This document shows positions 48,844 to 59,837 of a DNA stretch of 64,000 nt, one piece after another. This DNA comes from Nitrospirota bacterium (GTDB taxonomy: Bacteria; Nitrospirota; UBA9217), in the NCBI GenBank assembly GCA_963740085.1, contig CAVUCU010000001.1, positions 1,408,001 to 1,472,000 of the forward strand, in the 5' to 3' direction. Positions within the stretch are counted from its first letter, which is position 1. Every line of letters starts with the position of its first letter. Below the pieces are notes generated by a model, which made no database searches, was not told the DNA's origin, and saw only the letters and a list, made by a program, of their open reading frames with translations. A program made the position numbers and the translations under genes.

Positions 48844-49697
48844 TTACGCCGGCGCTGAACGCCCTTCGGTCTGAGCAGCGCACAGACAGGCGCCGAAAAT
48901 AAAAATGTACCCGGAAAAGTAAATCCACAGCAGCAAGGCCATCATTCCACCGAACGCCCCATAGACCGCGTTTAACGTGGCGAAGTTCTTGATGTATATC
49001 ACGAACAGACCTTCTGCCGCCCGCAAGAGAACCGTGGCGGACAGGGCGGCGGCCCAGACCTCTGCAAAACGTGTGGGACGGCGCGGAGCCAGCCTATAAA
49101 ACAGGCTCAGACTGAGGAACACCACCACCAGGGGGATGACGAAGCTGCCAAGGGCATAGATCAAGGAGTGGAATTCGCTCCCGGTAAAGAGCCAGGCCTT
49201 TGCCATTTTCGCCAGTACCGGCACCGCCATGCCCAGGAGGACCGCTCCCGCGGTGATGCCGAGCAGTGCCAGGCTTTTCAGCGGCATCCGCCACCAACTT
49301 GTGTTGCGGTGTTCCAGGCGCGGTTGGTGGCGCGGATAAGGGTAATGAAACAGCGGATGGCACCCCAGAGCAGTATGGGAAACGCGATCGCGCTCGCATG
49401 CCTGCGTGCTTTGATCACACCGGCGATGGTATCAAAAATGTGATGCTGCATCGCGCCGCTGATCGGGAGGTAACTTTCCATGTAGGCAATGACCTCTTTT
49501 CCGGCCCTGTCCCGGTTAATAAAGAATGAGGCGATCGTGACGATCAGGACCATCAAAGGAAACAGTGAAAAGAACGCATGGAAGGCGAACGCCCCTCCCC
49601 ACTGTGCCCCGTCTATCCGTAAAAATTTTTTTATGGAGAGAATAAGGATAGCCGAGACCCTGCGGGTCCTTTGGTTAATCCGGCTTGAGATATTCAT
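48844..49697 (-). pseudogene. YihY/BrkB-family membrane protein, frameshifted
   Basis: FFSLFPL...NRAW in one frame and YGAFGG..LLLWIY in another; junction near 49290. Confidence 0.8.
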
Positions 49698-49711
49698 CTG
49701 GCCTGCCTTTC

Positions 49712-49830
49712 TCCCGATGAAGAATGCTTCGAATACCCAAAACCTCCGCGATCTGGACGAACATCGGTGTATTGTCGATATGGACTACCTGCCGGCCGTC
49801 GCCCGCGCGATGTCCAGCGCCGAAACTGAG
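49712..49830 (-). pseudogene. C-terminal remnant of a HAD-family phosphatase
   Basis: Read across frames: ALDIARA..QVVHIDNTPMFVQIAEVLGIRSILH. Confidence 0.5.
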
Positions 49831-49925
49831 CCTGGAAGAACGGTTGCAAATAGCGCCGTTTGTTCATGATGATTTGCGTGTCAGTCTGTTTCAATGCCGA
49901 TGATGCGTCTTCTTATGAGCGCCGC

Positions 49926-50156
49926 TCAACCTTTCTTGTAGAATCCTTCTTTTTTAACATTATGCCGATGCCCCTGTGGCGGTTTATTGATAGGTTCAAC
50001 TCGCTTCTCTGTTTCGTGTGCATGTTTTTCACGTTTTTCCATCACGATATTTTCTGCCTCGAACCAATACTTTAAATTATTTCCGGGAACGCTGCCTTCT
50101 TGTTCATATAGTTTGTAGGCAAGCTTTTCAATCTCATCATGTAAGCTTTTTTTCAT
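49926..50156 (-). CDS. DUF2934 protein
   Basis: EIEKLAYKLYEQEG......WFEAE; AAGGAGG RBS. Confidence 0.85.
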   Translation of the reverse strand: MKKSLHDEIEKLAYKLYEQEGSVPGNNLKYWFEAENIVMEKREKHAHETEKRVEPINKPPQGHRHNVKKEGFYKKG

Positions 50157-50219
50157 TTTCGTTCCTCCTTACGCTCAATACTGCTTTCTCTGGATGTTTC
50201 CCTCTCAACCCTGACGACG

Positions 50220-50624
50220 TTATTTGTGAAAGTACTTCCGTGCCTTCGCAGCAATCTGCCGATCGGTCATTTTGTCGACTGTTTCAATGCCGGCAATTCG
50301 TCCATCGAGCTTGTTTTTTTTAAGACGCTTTTTCAGTTCGTCCTTGGCGTCACCGGGACCAAAGATTAGAATAGATTCCGCGTCGCGAATACCGGCAATT
50401 ATTGCGTCGTAGTAAATATTGAGATGTCCCGTAAGCGCTTTCTGGCGGCTGTCAGCCGCCGGAACCTGCTGCGGTTCATAGTGCCCCTTAAGAGGGGAAT
50501 CACCGGAACGGCGAAGCTGTTTTTCCGCCTTCGATATTATCAGTCCCATCTCTTCCCCTTTGCCCGTAATAGCCACGATACGAGCCTTTTTATGGTCAAT
50601 CCATAAACCCACTGTCGTTTTCAT
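50220..50624 (-). CDS. baeRF/host-attachment-like protein
   Basis: GLWIDHKKA, ILIFGPGDAK, DKMTDRQIAAK. Confidence 0.75.
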   Translation of the reverse strand: MKTTVGLWIDHKKARIVAITGKGEEMGLIISKAEKQLRRSGDSPLKGHYEPQQVPAADSRQKALTGHLNIYYDAIIAGIRDAESILIFGPGDAKDELKKRLKKNKLDGRIAGIETVDKMTDRQIAAKARKYFHK

Positions 50625-50669
50625 ACTTTCTCCTTTTCGATACCCGATCAACTTGGTGCCTGAAATGGA

Positions 50670-51346
50670 TCAGGCCCGGTTATCCGGCATTCCGTCATAT
50701 GCGACAACCAATTCCGACTTATCGCAGAATACAAAACTCGCGTTCATGTGGTCACGTTCATCCAGACCGATGCGCCTGAACACGTCAGCCCAGGTCGGCA
50801 GCTCTCCATGTTCTTTCACCTGTTCATTATTGACGGGCTGTCGTTCCCACTCCGGATGTTCTTCAACAAACTGTGCGTACACGTGTTCGGCATGGTCCTC
50901 GAACTCCGCGTTGAACAGGAAAGCTCTGCGAATGCTGGTCAATGCCGTCACGCGCATTAATACCGCATAGAAAACGACCATAAGACCGGGAGAGGCGGAA
51001 TCAGATACCACGGGTCCCTGATCCCGTCCTCTTTCATCTTTTCGTTGACAACGAGCAAGTGCCAAAATTCACTATCCTGGGCGTCGCGGGCCCACATCAT
51101 GATTTTGCGCGCCTCTTGCACCAATGCTCGGTCCCCATAACGTCGCGTCATGCGTGCATACTCACGGGTTTCCCAAGAACGGTAGGGGATGCTGGCCAGT
51201 ATCTCTATGAGCTTTACCTTGGGCAGGGTTATTGTTCTTCCAGTAATCAGGTCCATCGACAAGAAAAATACTTTAGCGGCAAGCGAATACCTGAATGGTG
51301 GCCTCTCGTTTGATGCCTTCTGTTCTTTCTTGAGATCAGGGGTCAT
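50670..51346 (-). pseudogene. Alternative-oxidase-like di-iron protein, frameshifted
   Basis: EILASIPY, DSEFWH, EFEDHAE, DERDH; frame change near 50990-51010. Confidence 0.65.
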
Positions 51347-51422
51347 GTTATCTCTCCCCGGCTGATTGCTTATGACGACCCAGCGCCGCCGGCCAACGTC
51401 TTGTTTGCAAACTCCTCACAAA

Positions 51423-52712
51423 CTATGGATTCTTCCCCTCGGATGCCAGGGGTTTTCTGTTCAGGAATCCGGACAAGAATAACGCCAACACGGTGTACGT
51501 CACGAACAGATAATACCCCGGCTGAAGAGAAGTGCCGTTCGTCGTTACGATCACCAGTTCCTGGCTCGCTTTGCTCAATTGACCGAACTGGCTGGTAATG
51601 ATCCCGTTAAATCCGATATAGGCCATGAATATGGCGACCACCATGACATCGGCCATGGACCATTTCCCGGATTTCAGGACAAAGAACCTGATCACCGGGT
51701 TCTCCTTTGCTCGGTGATAATTGTAATAATATCCCAGTGACGATATTATTTTTAACAGGGGGAACACGATGCTGAAGGTGATCAGCAGGACCCCGACAAA
51801 TTTCATCTGAATATCCGAATGGGTGATCATGATCCAAAAAACATCCAGAATGCTTTTGCTTTGAAAATACAATACCTGGTTCTCAAAATGGACGGGATGC
51901 CCCATCAGCACAAAACTCATCTCGGTGATCTTCGCCTCCATATCGATCATGGGCGTGGTTACGCCGGAGATCAGCAGCATGAGAAGAGACAGAACGAGCA
52001 GAATATATGGGGAGGGCGCCAGGGGGCGCCTGCCGAAACCGAACAGAGCGAAAAGGATGACCGAGAGAACGATCAACAGCATAGCCTCCTTAAAGATCAG
52101 GCTGCTCTCAACTGAAATTGTCTTCCTGAGCTTGATCCTCGCGCCTTCAATATCTTTGGAATCAGTTCTCAGCAGGATGCGGCTCAGTCGAGCGGTATCC
52201 TGTGTTTCAAAGGTCTGGTTTAAATATTCTTTAAGCTGTTCCTGCAGCATGGTCTTAATCTGGCCCCTTGTTCTCTTCTTTGTCAACTCATGCATGACGG
52301 CATCCGCATATTCAGGAATACCCTTTTTAATATCTTCCAGGCTGACGAATATATCGATAAAAGCTTGAGAGACCCAGCCCCCGGTTGAGTCCGCGTTCCC
52401 CTCCCTGATCTTCTTGTCGACTTTATCAATGAGCGTATTCAACAGAACTTCGATATGTTTTCGAAGATCCCGCTCATCCGTCCTTGACAGATCCAGCTTA
52501 TCGATCTCCTCGGCGAGAATCACGGTAATTTGGCGTTTCCATGCGTCAACGCTGAAAAGACCGTATTTGACATGGTTGAGCTCGGCATAATCGTTCTTGT
52601 TCTCCTGGTTGATAATCGCCTTTGATATGATTTGACCGCATAACAGAGCCGATGCGATAATGACTATCAAGGATAAGACAAGATTAAACAGTTTTATGGT
52701 AGTGACTTTCAT
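51423..52712 (-). CDS. Paraquat-inducible protein A domain membrane protein
   Basis: FSIVFPLLK, GKWSMADVMVVA, PGYYLF. Confidence 0.8.
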   Translation of the reverse strand: MKVTTIKLFNLVLSLIVIIASALLCGQIISKAIINQENKNDYAELNHVKYGLFSVDAWKRQITVILAEEIDKLDLSRTDERDLRKHIEVLLNTLIDKVDKKIREGNADSTGGWVSQAFIDIFVSLEDIKKGIPEYADAVMHELTKKRTRGQIKTMLQEQLKEYLNQTFETQDTARLSRILLRTDSKDIEGARIKLRKTISVESSLIFKEAMLLIVLSVILFALFGFGRRPLAPSPYILLVLSLLMLLISGVTTPMIDMEAKITEMSFVLMGHPVHFENQVLYFQSKSILDVFWIMITHSDIQMKFVGVLLITFSIVFPLLKIISSLGYYYNYHRAKENPVIRFFVLKSGKWSMADVMVVAIFMAYIGFNGIITSQFGQLSKASQELVIVTTNGTSLQPGYYLFVTYTVLALFLSGFLNRKPLASEGKNP

Positions 52713-52755
52713 GGTAGTGACCTGTGAGAAGTTTTGAACTCGCCTCTGCGCCCCA

Positions 52756-53583
52756 TTATTGTATGTCCTTGCCGGTTTCCATCTTCGTCAGGGTGGACAC
52801 GATGGACCCGATGGCGATGGTGCTTTTCATGAGAACCGGGACCTTCCGGCTGTCGTCCGTGAGCCAGATGAAGATCTCTCCCTTGTTCATGAAGACCCCC
52901 TCGTACTTGGGAAAGGTCCTGACCTTGATCGTGGCGAAATCGCCGGCCGGCGTCTTCACCCTTTCCCTGCCCAGGGTGTGGACCTCAACGGACCAGTTCT
53001 TGCCGCTGTCGTGAACCTGTATGATGATCGGCTTGCCGACGATGAAGTCGTCCCGGGTCCGGAGGTAGTAGAGCGATGACAGCGCGTCCTGTGTATGGTC
53101 TGGGATCGCAAATGTCTCCGGCGGGTCTTCGTTCAACGTGCTGATGACTGTATTCTTTACATGGTCGAAGACCAGTTCACGGTGTCTCTTTCTCTTGCCG
53201 TGGTTTTCGTTGAGGGTGAACGTGAGGCTTTGCATGATCCCCGGGTCAAAAACGCTCTGAAGCCTGTCGTCAACCCGGTAGAACGCGTCCACCAGGCCGG
53301 CGGAGTGTGTGGTAACGATAAACATGAGGACCTTTTTTCCATCGGGCAGTGTTCCCTCTTTGATCTCCGTGGTCGCGGTCCCTGCCGTGACGATGTTAGA
53401 CCAGGTGATATCGTAGACCAGTGTTTCTCCCGGCTGCAATGCCTCTATGCGCGGCTGGACGGAGGCTGTCGGTTCTTCCGCGCTGCTCATGCCGGGAATA
53501 AGCATGAGCCCGAGGGCGAGTGAGCACCAGCCGGCCGGACGCCGCATTCTTTTTAAACAGCGCATTATCTTCGTCGCGTTCAT
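52756..53583 (-). CDS. DUF3108 exported protein
   Basis: GETLVY, QDALSSLYYLR, E.VKTPAG.F, IWLTDD..KVPV. Confidence 0.85.
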   Translation of the reverse strand: MNATKIMRCLKRMRRPAGWCSLALGLMLIPGMSSAEEPTASVQPRIEALQPGETLVYDITWSNIVTAGTATTEIKEGTLPDGKKVLMFIVTTHSAGLVDAFYRVDDRLQSVFDPGIMQSLTFTLNENHGKRKRHRELVFDHVKNTVISTLNEDPPETFAIPDHTQDALSSLYYLRTRDDFIVGKPIIIQVHDSGKNWSVEVHTLGRERVKTPAGDFATIKVRTFPKYEGVFMNKGEIFIWLTDDSRKVPVLMKSTIAIGSIVSTLTKMETGKDIQ

Positions 53584-53655
53584 CTTTCTCCGTTCCTTTT
53601 CAGGACTTCTGTATCAAGTCACCCTTTGCCGGGCGATTGCAGTTTATTGCCGTCC

Positions 53656-54648
53656 TTACAGCACGTCGCTCAATTCTATATTCCTGCTCTTCGCAAGGTT
53701 CCGCAGCTTGAGGATGGCCTGTTTCTCGATCTGCCTTACCCGTTCACGGGTGATCCCGAACTGACGACCGATGCTGTCCAGGGTCCGGGGATCCTGCGTA
53801 TTCAGGCCGTACCGGAATTCGATGATCCTGCGTTCCACTTCCGCGAGTCCGGAGATCCAGTTGTTGATTCGATCCTGTCGGAGACGATCGTCGATCGTTA
53901 TTGACGGGTCCGGTGCGTTCTCGTCGCGCAGCATATCCTGGAGCGTTTCCTCTCCCTCGTCGCCGATCAGCATGTCGAGTGACAGGGTCTCGCGGATCAC
54001 CTGCAGGACCGCACGTACGCGCGGAACGGTGATGCGCATTTTTTTTGCGGTTTCCTCGGGAGAGGGCTCGCGATGGAGCTGTTCTGTCAGCTTCCGCACG
54101 GTGCGGGTATATACGCGGGCAAGCTCCGCGACATGCACCGGCAGACGAATGATGCGGACCTGGTTCGCGATGGCCCGGTCAATGGCCTGCCTGATCCACC
54201 ACGTCGCGTACGTGCTGAACCGGAACCCGCGTTCATACTCGAATTTTTCAACGGCCCGGATCAACCCGATATTTCCCTCTTCGATGACGTCGGAAAAGGG
54301 CAGTCCCCTGTTGATATACCGCTTGCCGATGGACACCACGAGTCGCAGGTTTGCCTCGATCATGCGTTCGCGCGCTTCCGCGTCGCCATTCCGGACGCGT
54401 TTTGCCAGGGCCTGTTCCTCGGCAAAGGACAACAGCGGGGTTTTCCTGATCTCGGTTAAATATAATTTGGTCGCGTCGGGATTGGACGACGACAAATCCC
54501 CGCGGCTCCGTCCCGTCCGGAAACGACCGGTTTTTATCGAACCGTCGGCGATCCGCCGTTCATCGGGATTCCTCGCATCCTCCCCGTCCGAGGTGTCGGA
54601 GAACCGGTCTTGCTCCTCAGTGTATGCCGTCGCGGTGGTATCGCTCAT
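53656..54648 (-). CDS. rpoS: Sigma-70 factor, RpoS-like (no region 1.1)
   Basis: [47 protein letters not shown]; start MSDT behind AAGGAGG. Confidence 0.7.
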   Translation of the reverse strand: MSDTTATAYTEEQDRFSDTSDGEDARNPDERRIADGSIKTGRFRTGRSRGDLSSSNPDATKLYLTEIRKTPLLSFAEEQALAKRVRNGDAEARERMIEANLRLVVSIGKRYINRGLPFSDVIEEGNIGLIRAVEKFEYERGFRFSTYATWWIRQAIDRAIANQVRIIRLPVHVAELARVYTRTVRKLTEQLHREPSPEETAKKMRITVPRVRAVLQVIRETLSLDMLIGDEGEETLQDMLRDENAPDPSITIDDRLRQDRINNWISGLAEVERRIIEFRYGLNTQDPRTLDSIGRQFGITRERVRQIEKQAILKLRNLAKSRNIELSDVL

Positions 54649-54777
54649 GCGTCCTCCTTGATTGCTCATGTTTTCTGCGGCCTGGGCTGCAGGAATCATG
54701 CTGTTTCACGAAGCTCAGTACTTCCGGACCCCTGCGCGATCCGCGGGTCGATCATCTTGTCGTCACCATCTTTTCAC

Positions 54778-57700
54778 TCATCTGTCCAGAATCTCCCTCA
54801 CCTTTGTCAAAAGGTCTTTCGGTATGAACGGCTTGTGGATGAAGTCAAAACCGGCCTCTGTCAGGTCAGCGGTCTTGATAACATCCATGGTGTATCCGCT
54901 CGCAAAAAGTATTTTTATCCCGGGACTGACTTTTCTGATCGCCTCACTGACCTCTTTCCCGTTTTTCTTCGGCATGATCATATCAAGCAGGACGAGGCTG
55001 ATACGTTCCCTGTTCTCCATGAATTTTGTGATCGCGTCTTCGCCGTCCTTTGCGGTGATAACGCTGTAGCCGAAGGACTCCAGTATTATCCGCGTCAGGA
55101 CTTCCAGGGAGGCGTCGTCCTCGGCCACCAGGATAGTCTCATTTCCGCCTTTGACAGGGACGGCAGCCTTCGCCTTCTTGTCCGCGGATGCTGCTTCTTC
55201 ACTGAGAGGCAGGTATATTTTGAAAACCGTGCCATGCCCCGGTTCGCTGTAGACCTTTATGTATCCGCTATGCTGTTTTATGATCCCATACGAAATTGCG
55301 AGGCCAAGCCCGGTCCCTTCTCCAATGCCTTTGGTGGTAAAAAAAGGCTCGAATATCTTCTTCTCGAGTTTCCGCATCCATTCCCTGCCCTGTATCAGCG
55401 ACCGTGATAAGCGCATACCTTCCGGGCTTTCCATAGCCATACGCTGCAACATATTCATCATCCACATCCTCAAGTCCGGTTTTGATCGTCAGCCGTCCGC
55501 CCTCCTGCATCGCGTCCTTGGCATTTGAGGCAAGGTTTATCAGCACCTGTTCCAGCTGGCCGGCATCAGCCAGTACTATCAAAGGCTTTTCCGCAAGGTC
55601 CAGTTTGAACTCAATGCTCTCTCTGATAATCCGGACGAGCATTTTCTGAACGCCGAGGATAAGTTCATTGATATTGACAGGCTTTACTTCAACAACCTGT
55701 TTTCTGCTGAAGACAAGCAGCCTCTTGGTGAGATCCGCGGCCCGGTCGGCGGCAATAAGCACCTCGCTCATCTGTTCCCTTGAAGTACTGCCGGCTTCCA
55801 GCGTGTCCATGACCATGGTGCCATACCCCATGATCACATTGAGGATGTTATTGAAGTCATGCGCGATCCCCCCTGCCATTGTCCCGACTGCCTCCATCTT
55901 CTGGGAGTGGCGGAGTTGGTTTTCAAGCTTCTTTTGATCACTGATGTCCCTTACGATCTCTATCCCGGCCACGACATTCCCTTGCAGGTCCCGTAAAGCT
56001 GATGCGGTTATCTCGACGGACAGCGTGTCCGTCGCCGGTGGTCACAGACCGCTCCGCTTTGTGGATGCCTCCGTCCTTATAAGCCATTTCGACAGGGCAC
56101 CCCTCGCAAATGTGGTCCAGGTGCTCATATGCCGTGTAGCAGTGCTCGCCTATATGGTCTCCTCTGAAATCCTTCAGAACTTTATTCTGGTAGATAATAT
56201 GAAGTTGGTATCCTGGATAGTGAGTCCTTCCCCCATTGAGGCCATGATGGCCTCCAACCTGGATTCTCTTTCGTAGGCTTTTGCCAGCGCCGCTCTGCAA
56301 GTCTTTCTCCGTCCGCTTCCGTTCAGAGACATCACGAATATTACATTGTGCCAGCTTCGCCCTGTCGACCAGATAGATGTCCGCGTAGATATCCTCGCCC
56401 GGACTTGGTTTTAACCTGAACATCCTCGTAATTAAGAATGCCGTTCCGTCTCAAGGATTGCATTATCGCCGGAAAATCAGCTCGTATCGAGCGAGACACC
56501 GATATCCTGCAATTTTTTCCCGACGTACTCCCCTTCGGAATAACCCAGCAGTTTCTCGGCTGCCGGATTAGCCTGAACTATATGTCCTTCGCCTTTTTCG
56601 AGCAGCACTATCCCGTCGTCTGCGGTCTCAAATAGGCGCCTGTACCGCAATTCAGACTCTGCCAACAGGTCTTCCAGGCGCTTGCGCTCGGTGATATCTT
56701 CAAAGGCAAGAAGAATGATCCGCTCCTTCCCCTGCCCTCGTTTAATTTGCCGGGCATTCAAAAGCATTATGCGTCTGCCGATGGTGGCAAAATCGTGTTC
56801 AACCTCATAGTTGTCAAAGGTCGTCTTTTGAGGAAGGATTGTTTCCAGCAGATCCCGCAGCTTGGGGATATCCCATTGTTTATTGCCCAGATCATAGATC
56901 AGCTGTCCCACGGTCTCTTCCGGTTTTACCTTGAAGAATTCATAGAAGGAGCGGTTGACGGTGACCACCCTGAGGTCCTCGTCCAGGGAGATCAAGGGTT
57001 CACGCACGGTATTGATGACGCTCTCGGCGAATTCATGGGCTTCATCCGCGGCTTTTTTTATAACCACCAGTTCTTTTCGGGTTTTTTCCAGGCCGGTTTC
57101 TATCTCCTTACGCTCGGTAATATCCTCGATCGCCAGGAGGATGATCCGTTCCTTGCCCCATCCTCGTTTAATTTGCCGGGCATTCAAAAGCATTATGCGT
57201 CTGCCGATGGTGGTAAAATCGTGTTCAACCTCATAGTTATCAAGGGTTGTCTTTTGGGGAAGGATGGTTTCCAGAAGATCCCTCAGTTTGGGGATATCCC
57301 ATTGTTTATTGCCCAGATCATAGATCAGCCGTCCCACGGTCTCTTCCGGTTTTACCTTGAAGAATTCATAGAAGGAGCGGCTGACGGTGATTACCCTGAG
57401 GTCTTGATCCAAAGAAATCAGGGGTTCACGCACGGTGTTGATGACGTTCTCGGCGAATTCATGGGCTTCATCTACTTCGTCATTCAGAAACTTTATTCTG
57501 AGAAGCGACTTCACCCTGGCTAACAGCTCATGTTTATCAAAAGGCCTGGAAACAAAATCATCGCAGTCTGACTCAAGGGCTTTTACCCTGTCTTCGTTCT
57601 TCTCGTGAGCCGTGATCATAATTACCGGAATACGCCCTGTCTTTTTTTCCGCCCGCAATTGCGACAGTACTTCGAAGCCGGACATCCCGGGCATCACTAC

Positions 57701-57865
57701 ATCCAGCAGGACCAGATCGATATTATCATTGGAAAGTTTTTTCAGCGCTTCTTCACCGCTTGCCGCCTGGACGATTTCATACCCCCGTGGAACAAGATGC
57801 GCTTCGAGAAGTTTAATATTCGGGAGTTGATCATCGACAACTAATATTATTGGTTTGTCTTTCAT
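54778..57865 (-). pseudogene. Hybrid kinase (REC-PAS-PAS-PAS-PAS-HisKA-HATPase-REC) broken by several frameshifts
   Basis: Pieces 56477-57865, 55938-56423, 55268-55972 and 54778-55473 reassemble into a paralogue of 17892-20510. Confidence 0.85.
56685..57480. repeat. Intragenic tandem duplication, 426-nt period (PAS module)
   Basis: For example CATTCAAAAGCATTATGCGTCTGCCG at 56755 and at 57181. Confidence 0.9.
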
Positions 57866-57970
57866 CGTTTGTCTTTCATCGTCTGTCTCCGTTGCAGGTA
57901 ACTTTTCAGTAAATTATTTTTATTGATCCTCGCTTTTCACGTCGGAGTATTGCTCCCGGCGATTTTGCCG

Positions 57971-59455
57971 TCAATGTCCCGCGGCGCCGACCTTTCTGAG
58001 GTCGATATATCCCCGTTGAACGTCCACCGATACCAGCTGCACGCGGACGCGGCTGCCGACATCAACGCCCTCGAAACCCTGGACCAGCCGGCCTTCGACA
58101 GGGACCGTGAGAAGCCGCGCCCACGTCCCTTTATCAGCCGCGCCGGTGACGATGGCATCGAACTCCTCGCCGATCCGGTGTTCCAGCAGCATCGCCGCCG
58201 CGGATTTTCTGACCAGTCGCTCGACCTTGTTCGCGGCGTCCTCTTCTTCCGTGCAATGTTTGGCCAGGACGTCCAGTTCGTCATTGCGGTAAGGAGACGG
58301 TGTTCCTTCTATCGCGGCCTTCACCAGGCGCTGCGTGATGAGGTCGGTATACCGGCGATTCGGGGCCGTGGAATGGGTATAGTCCCTGACAGCGAGGCCG
58401 AAGTGCCCCGGGGCTGTGGCGCCCGGAAGCTCCGCGACATATTCGCCGGCGCCAAGAAGTTTGATGACGGAGAGGGAGAGGTCGGGGAATCGAAGGGGAT
58501 CGGCTGTTCGTTCCTTTGTCAGAAACGCTTCAAGCGCCTTTGGGTCCGGCTGATGGGGAAGCGTGAATCCCTTTTCTCCGGCAAGCTCGACGATCCGCTC
58601 CCATCGTTTTGGCGTGCGAACCACGCGGCGGATGGACGAAAGTTTTCGCGACGACAGATACCGGGCGGTCACGCCGTTCGCGGCTATCATGAAATCCTCG
58701 ATTATATCCTTTGCGCGGTTCTTTTTTTCCTCCACGAGACCGCGCAGTTCATCGCCTTCGAATACCGGTCTCGCCTCTATTGTTTCGAGGCTGAGGGCGC
58801 CGTGCACATGCCGGAGGTTTTTCATGACCTGTGCCGCCCTGTCCTGCATTCGCATATTCTCCTCAAGTCCCGGTACGGCGGCAAGGGCCGCGGGAATGGC
58901 TCCACTGCCTTCCAGCCATGCGGCAACGCTGTTATATGCCAGCTTCGCATGGTTGCGGACGAGCGCGCGGTAGATATCGGACTTCTGAAGGGATCCGGCG
59001 GCGTCGATGACCACTTCGATGACAATCGCCCGCCGGTCCTCCTTGAAACCGAGCGAAGTGAGATCGGTCGACAGCTTCTCAGGAAGCATCGGGAAGATCC
59101 TGGCGGCGGTATACACCGAGGTGGTATTATGGCGCGCGTGCTCGTCAATAGCCGATCCGTCTTTCACGAGCAGGTCCACGTCAGCCACGGCAACAAGGAT
59201 CTTTACGCGGCCTCCGGGCTGTGCCTCGGCCGCCGTGAGCTGGTCCAGGTCACGAGAGTCATCGTTGTCTATGGAAGCCCAGAGGAGGTTCCGCAGGTCA
59301 CGAACCGGTTTATCGCTCATGGTTGCAGGCTTCTTGAGGTGATCAAGCTCAGCGAGCGCTGCCTTTGAAAAGTCAGGGAGCAAACCCTTCTCAAGCATCG
59401 CCCGCCGGGCGATCTTTTGTAAAATTGGACGGTGCTGTTTGTCGTTGGCATTCAT
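57971..59455 (-). CDS. RNB-domain exoribonuclease (RNase II/R family)
   Basis: SIDNDDSRDLDQ, AVADV, IEDFMIAAN, HFGL, YTHSTAPNRRYTD, S1-like tail. Confidence 0.92.
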   Translation of the reverse strand: MNANDKQHRPILQKIARRAMLEKGLLPDFSKAALAELDHLKKPATMSDKPVRDLRNLLWASIDNDDSRDLDQLTAAEAQPGGRVKILVAVADVDLLVKDGSAIDEHARHNTTSVYTAARIFPMLPEKLSTDLTSLGFKEDRRAIVIEVVIDAAGSLQKSDIYRALVRNHAKLAYNSVAAWLEGSGAIPAALAAVPGLEENMRMQDRAAQVMKNLRHVHGALSLETIEARPVFEGDELRGLVEEKKNRAKDIIEDFMIAANGVTARYLSSRKLSSIRRVVRTPKRWERIVELAGEKGFTLPHQPDPKALEAFLTKERTADPLRFPDLSLSVIKLLGAGEYVAELPGATAPGHFGLAVRDYTHSTAPNRRYTDLITQRLVKAAIEGTPSPYRNDELDVLAKHCTEEEDAANKVERLVRKSAAAMLLEHRIGEEFDAIVTGAADKGTWARLLTVPVEGRLVQGFEGVDVGSRVRVQLVSVDVQRGYIDLRKVGAAGH

Positions 59456-59516
59456 TGCATGTCCCTCTCACGGTAATTCTATTAATCTCAGCCCGGATAA
59501 ATCGGGCAATTGTTCA

Positions 59517-59820
59517 GCCGCAAAAGTCACAAAAAACGCAAAAAACAGGGTAATTATTCGGCTCTTTTTTTTATTCTAACGCGTCAAAATCAAAGGCACT
59601 TTCGCGCAGTGACGCGGAGACGCAGAGAAAGAGATCCATCCTTGCTCGGTTCTTCTTGTTATTCTCTGCGAGCTTAGCGGCTCTGCGCGAGACGCCTTGC
59701 TTTTGCCTAAATAGATACAAAACAAGTACCCCGTTCTTGGTAATACCTCATTAATTTTGCTGATAACGATAATTGTTTCAACATCTTTTTTGTCTCTGTG
59801 ACTTATGTGCTTTGTGTGGC
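59517..59820. repeat. Nested 9-bp-periodic inverted repeats (outer CACAAAA type, inner CGCAGAG type)
   Basis: Outer arms 59517-59545 and 59786-59820; inner arms 59602-59627 and 59664-59690. Confidence 0.7.
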
Positions 59821-59837
59821 CAACTGCCTTTTATCGG

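Noticed and set aside
55360-56480. Programmed frameshifting in the hybrid kinase
   Set aside because: Too many indels and no slippery heptamers; error or decay is the simpler explanation
57923-59368. 481-aa plus-strand ORF
   Set aside because: Antisense shadow of the RNB gene; the same applies to other long antisense ORFs such as 4372-5421, 21045-22022 and 24916-26019
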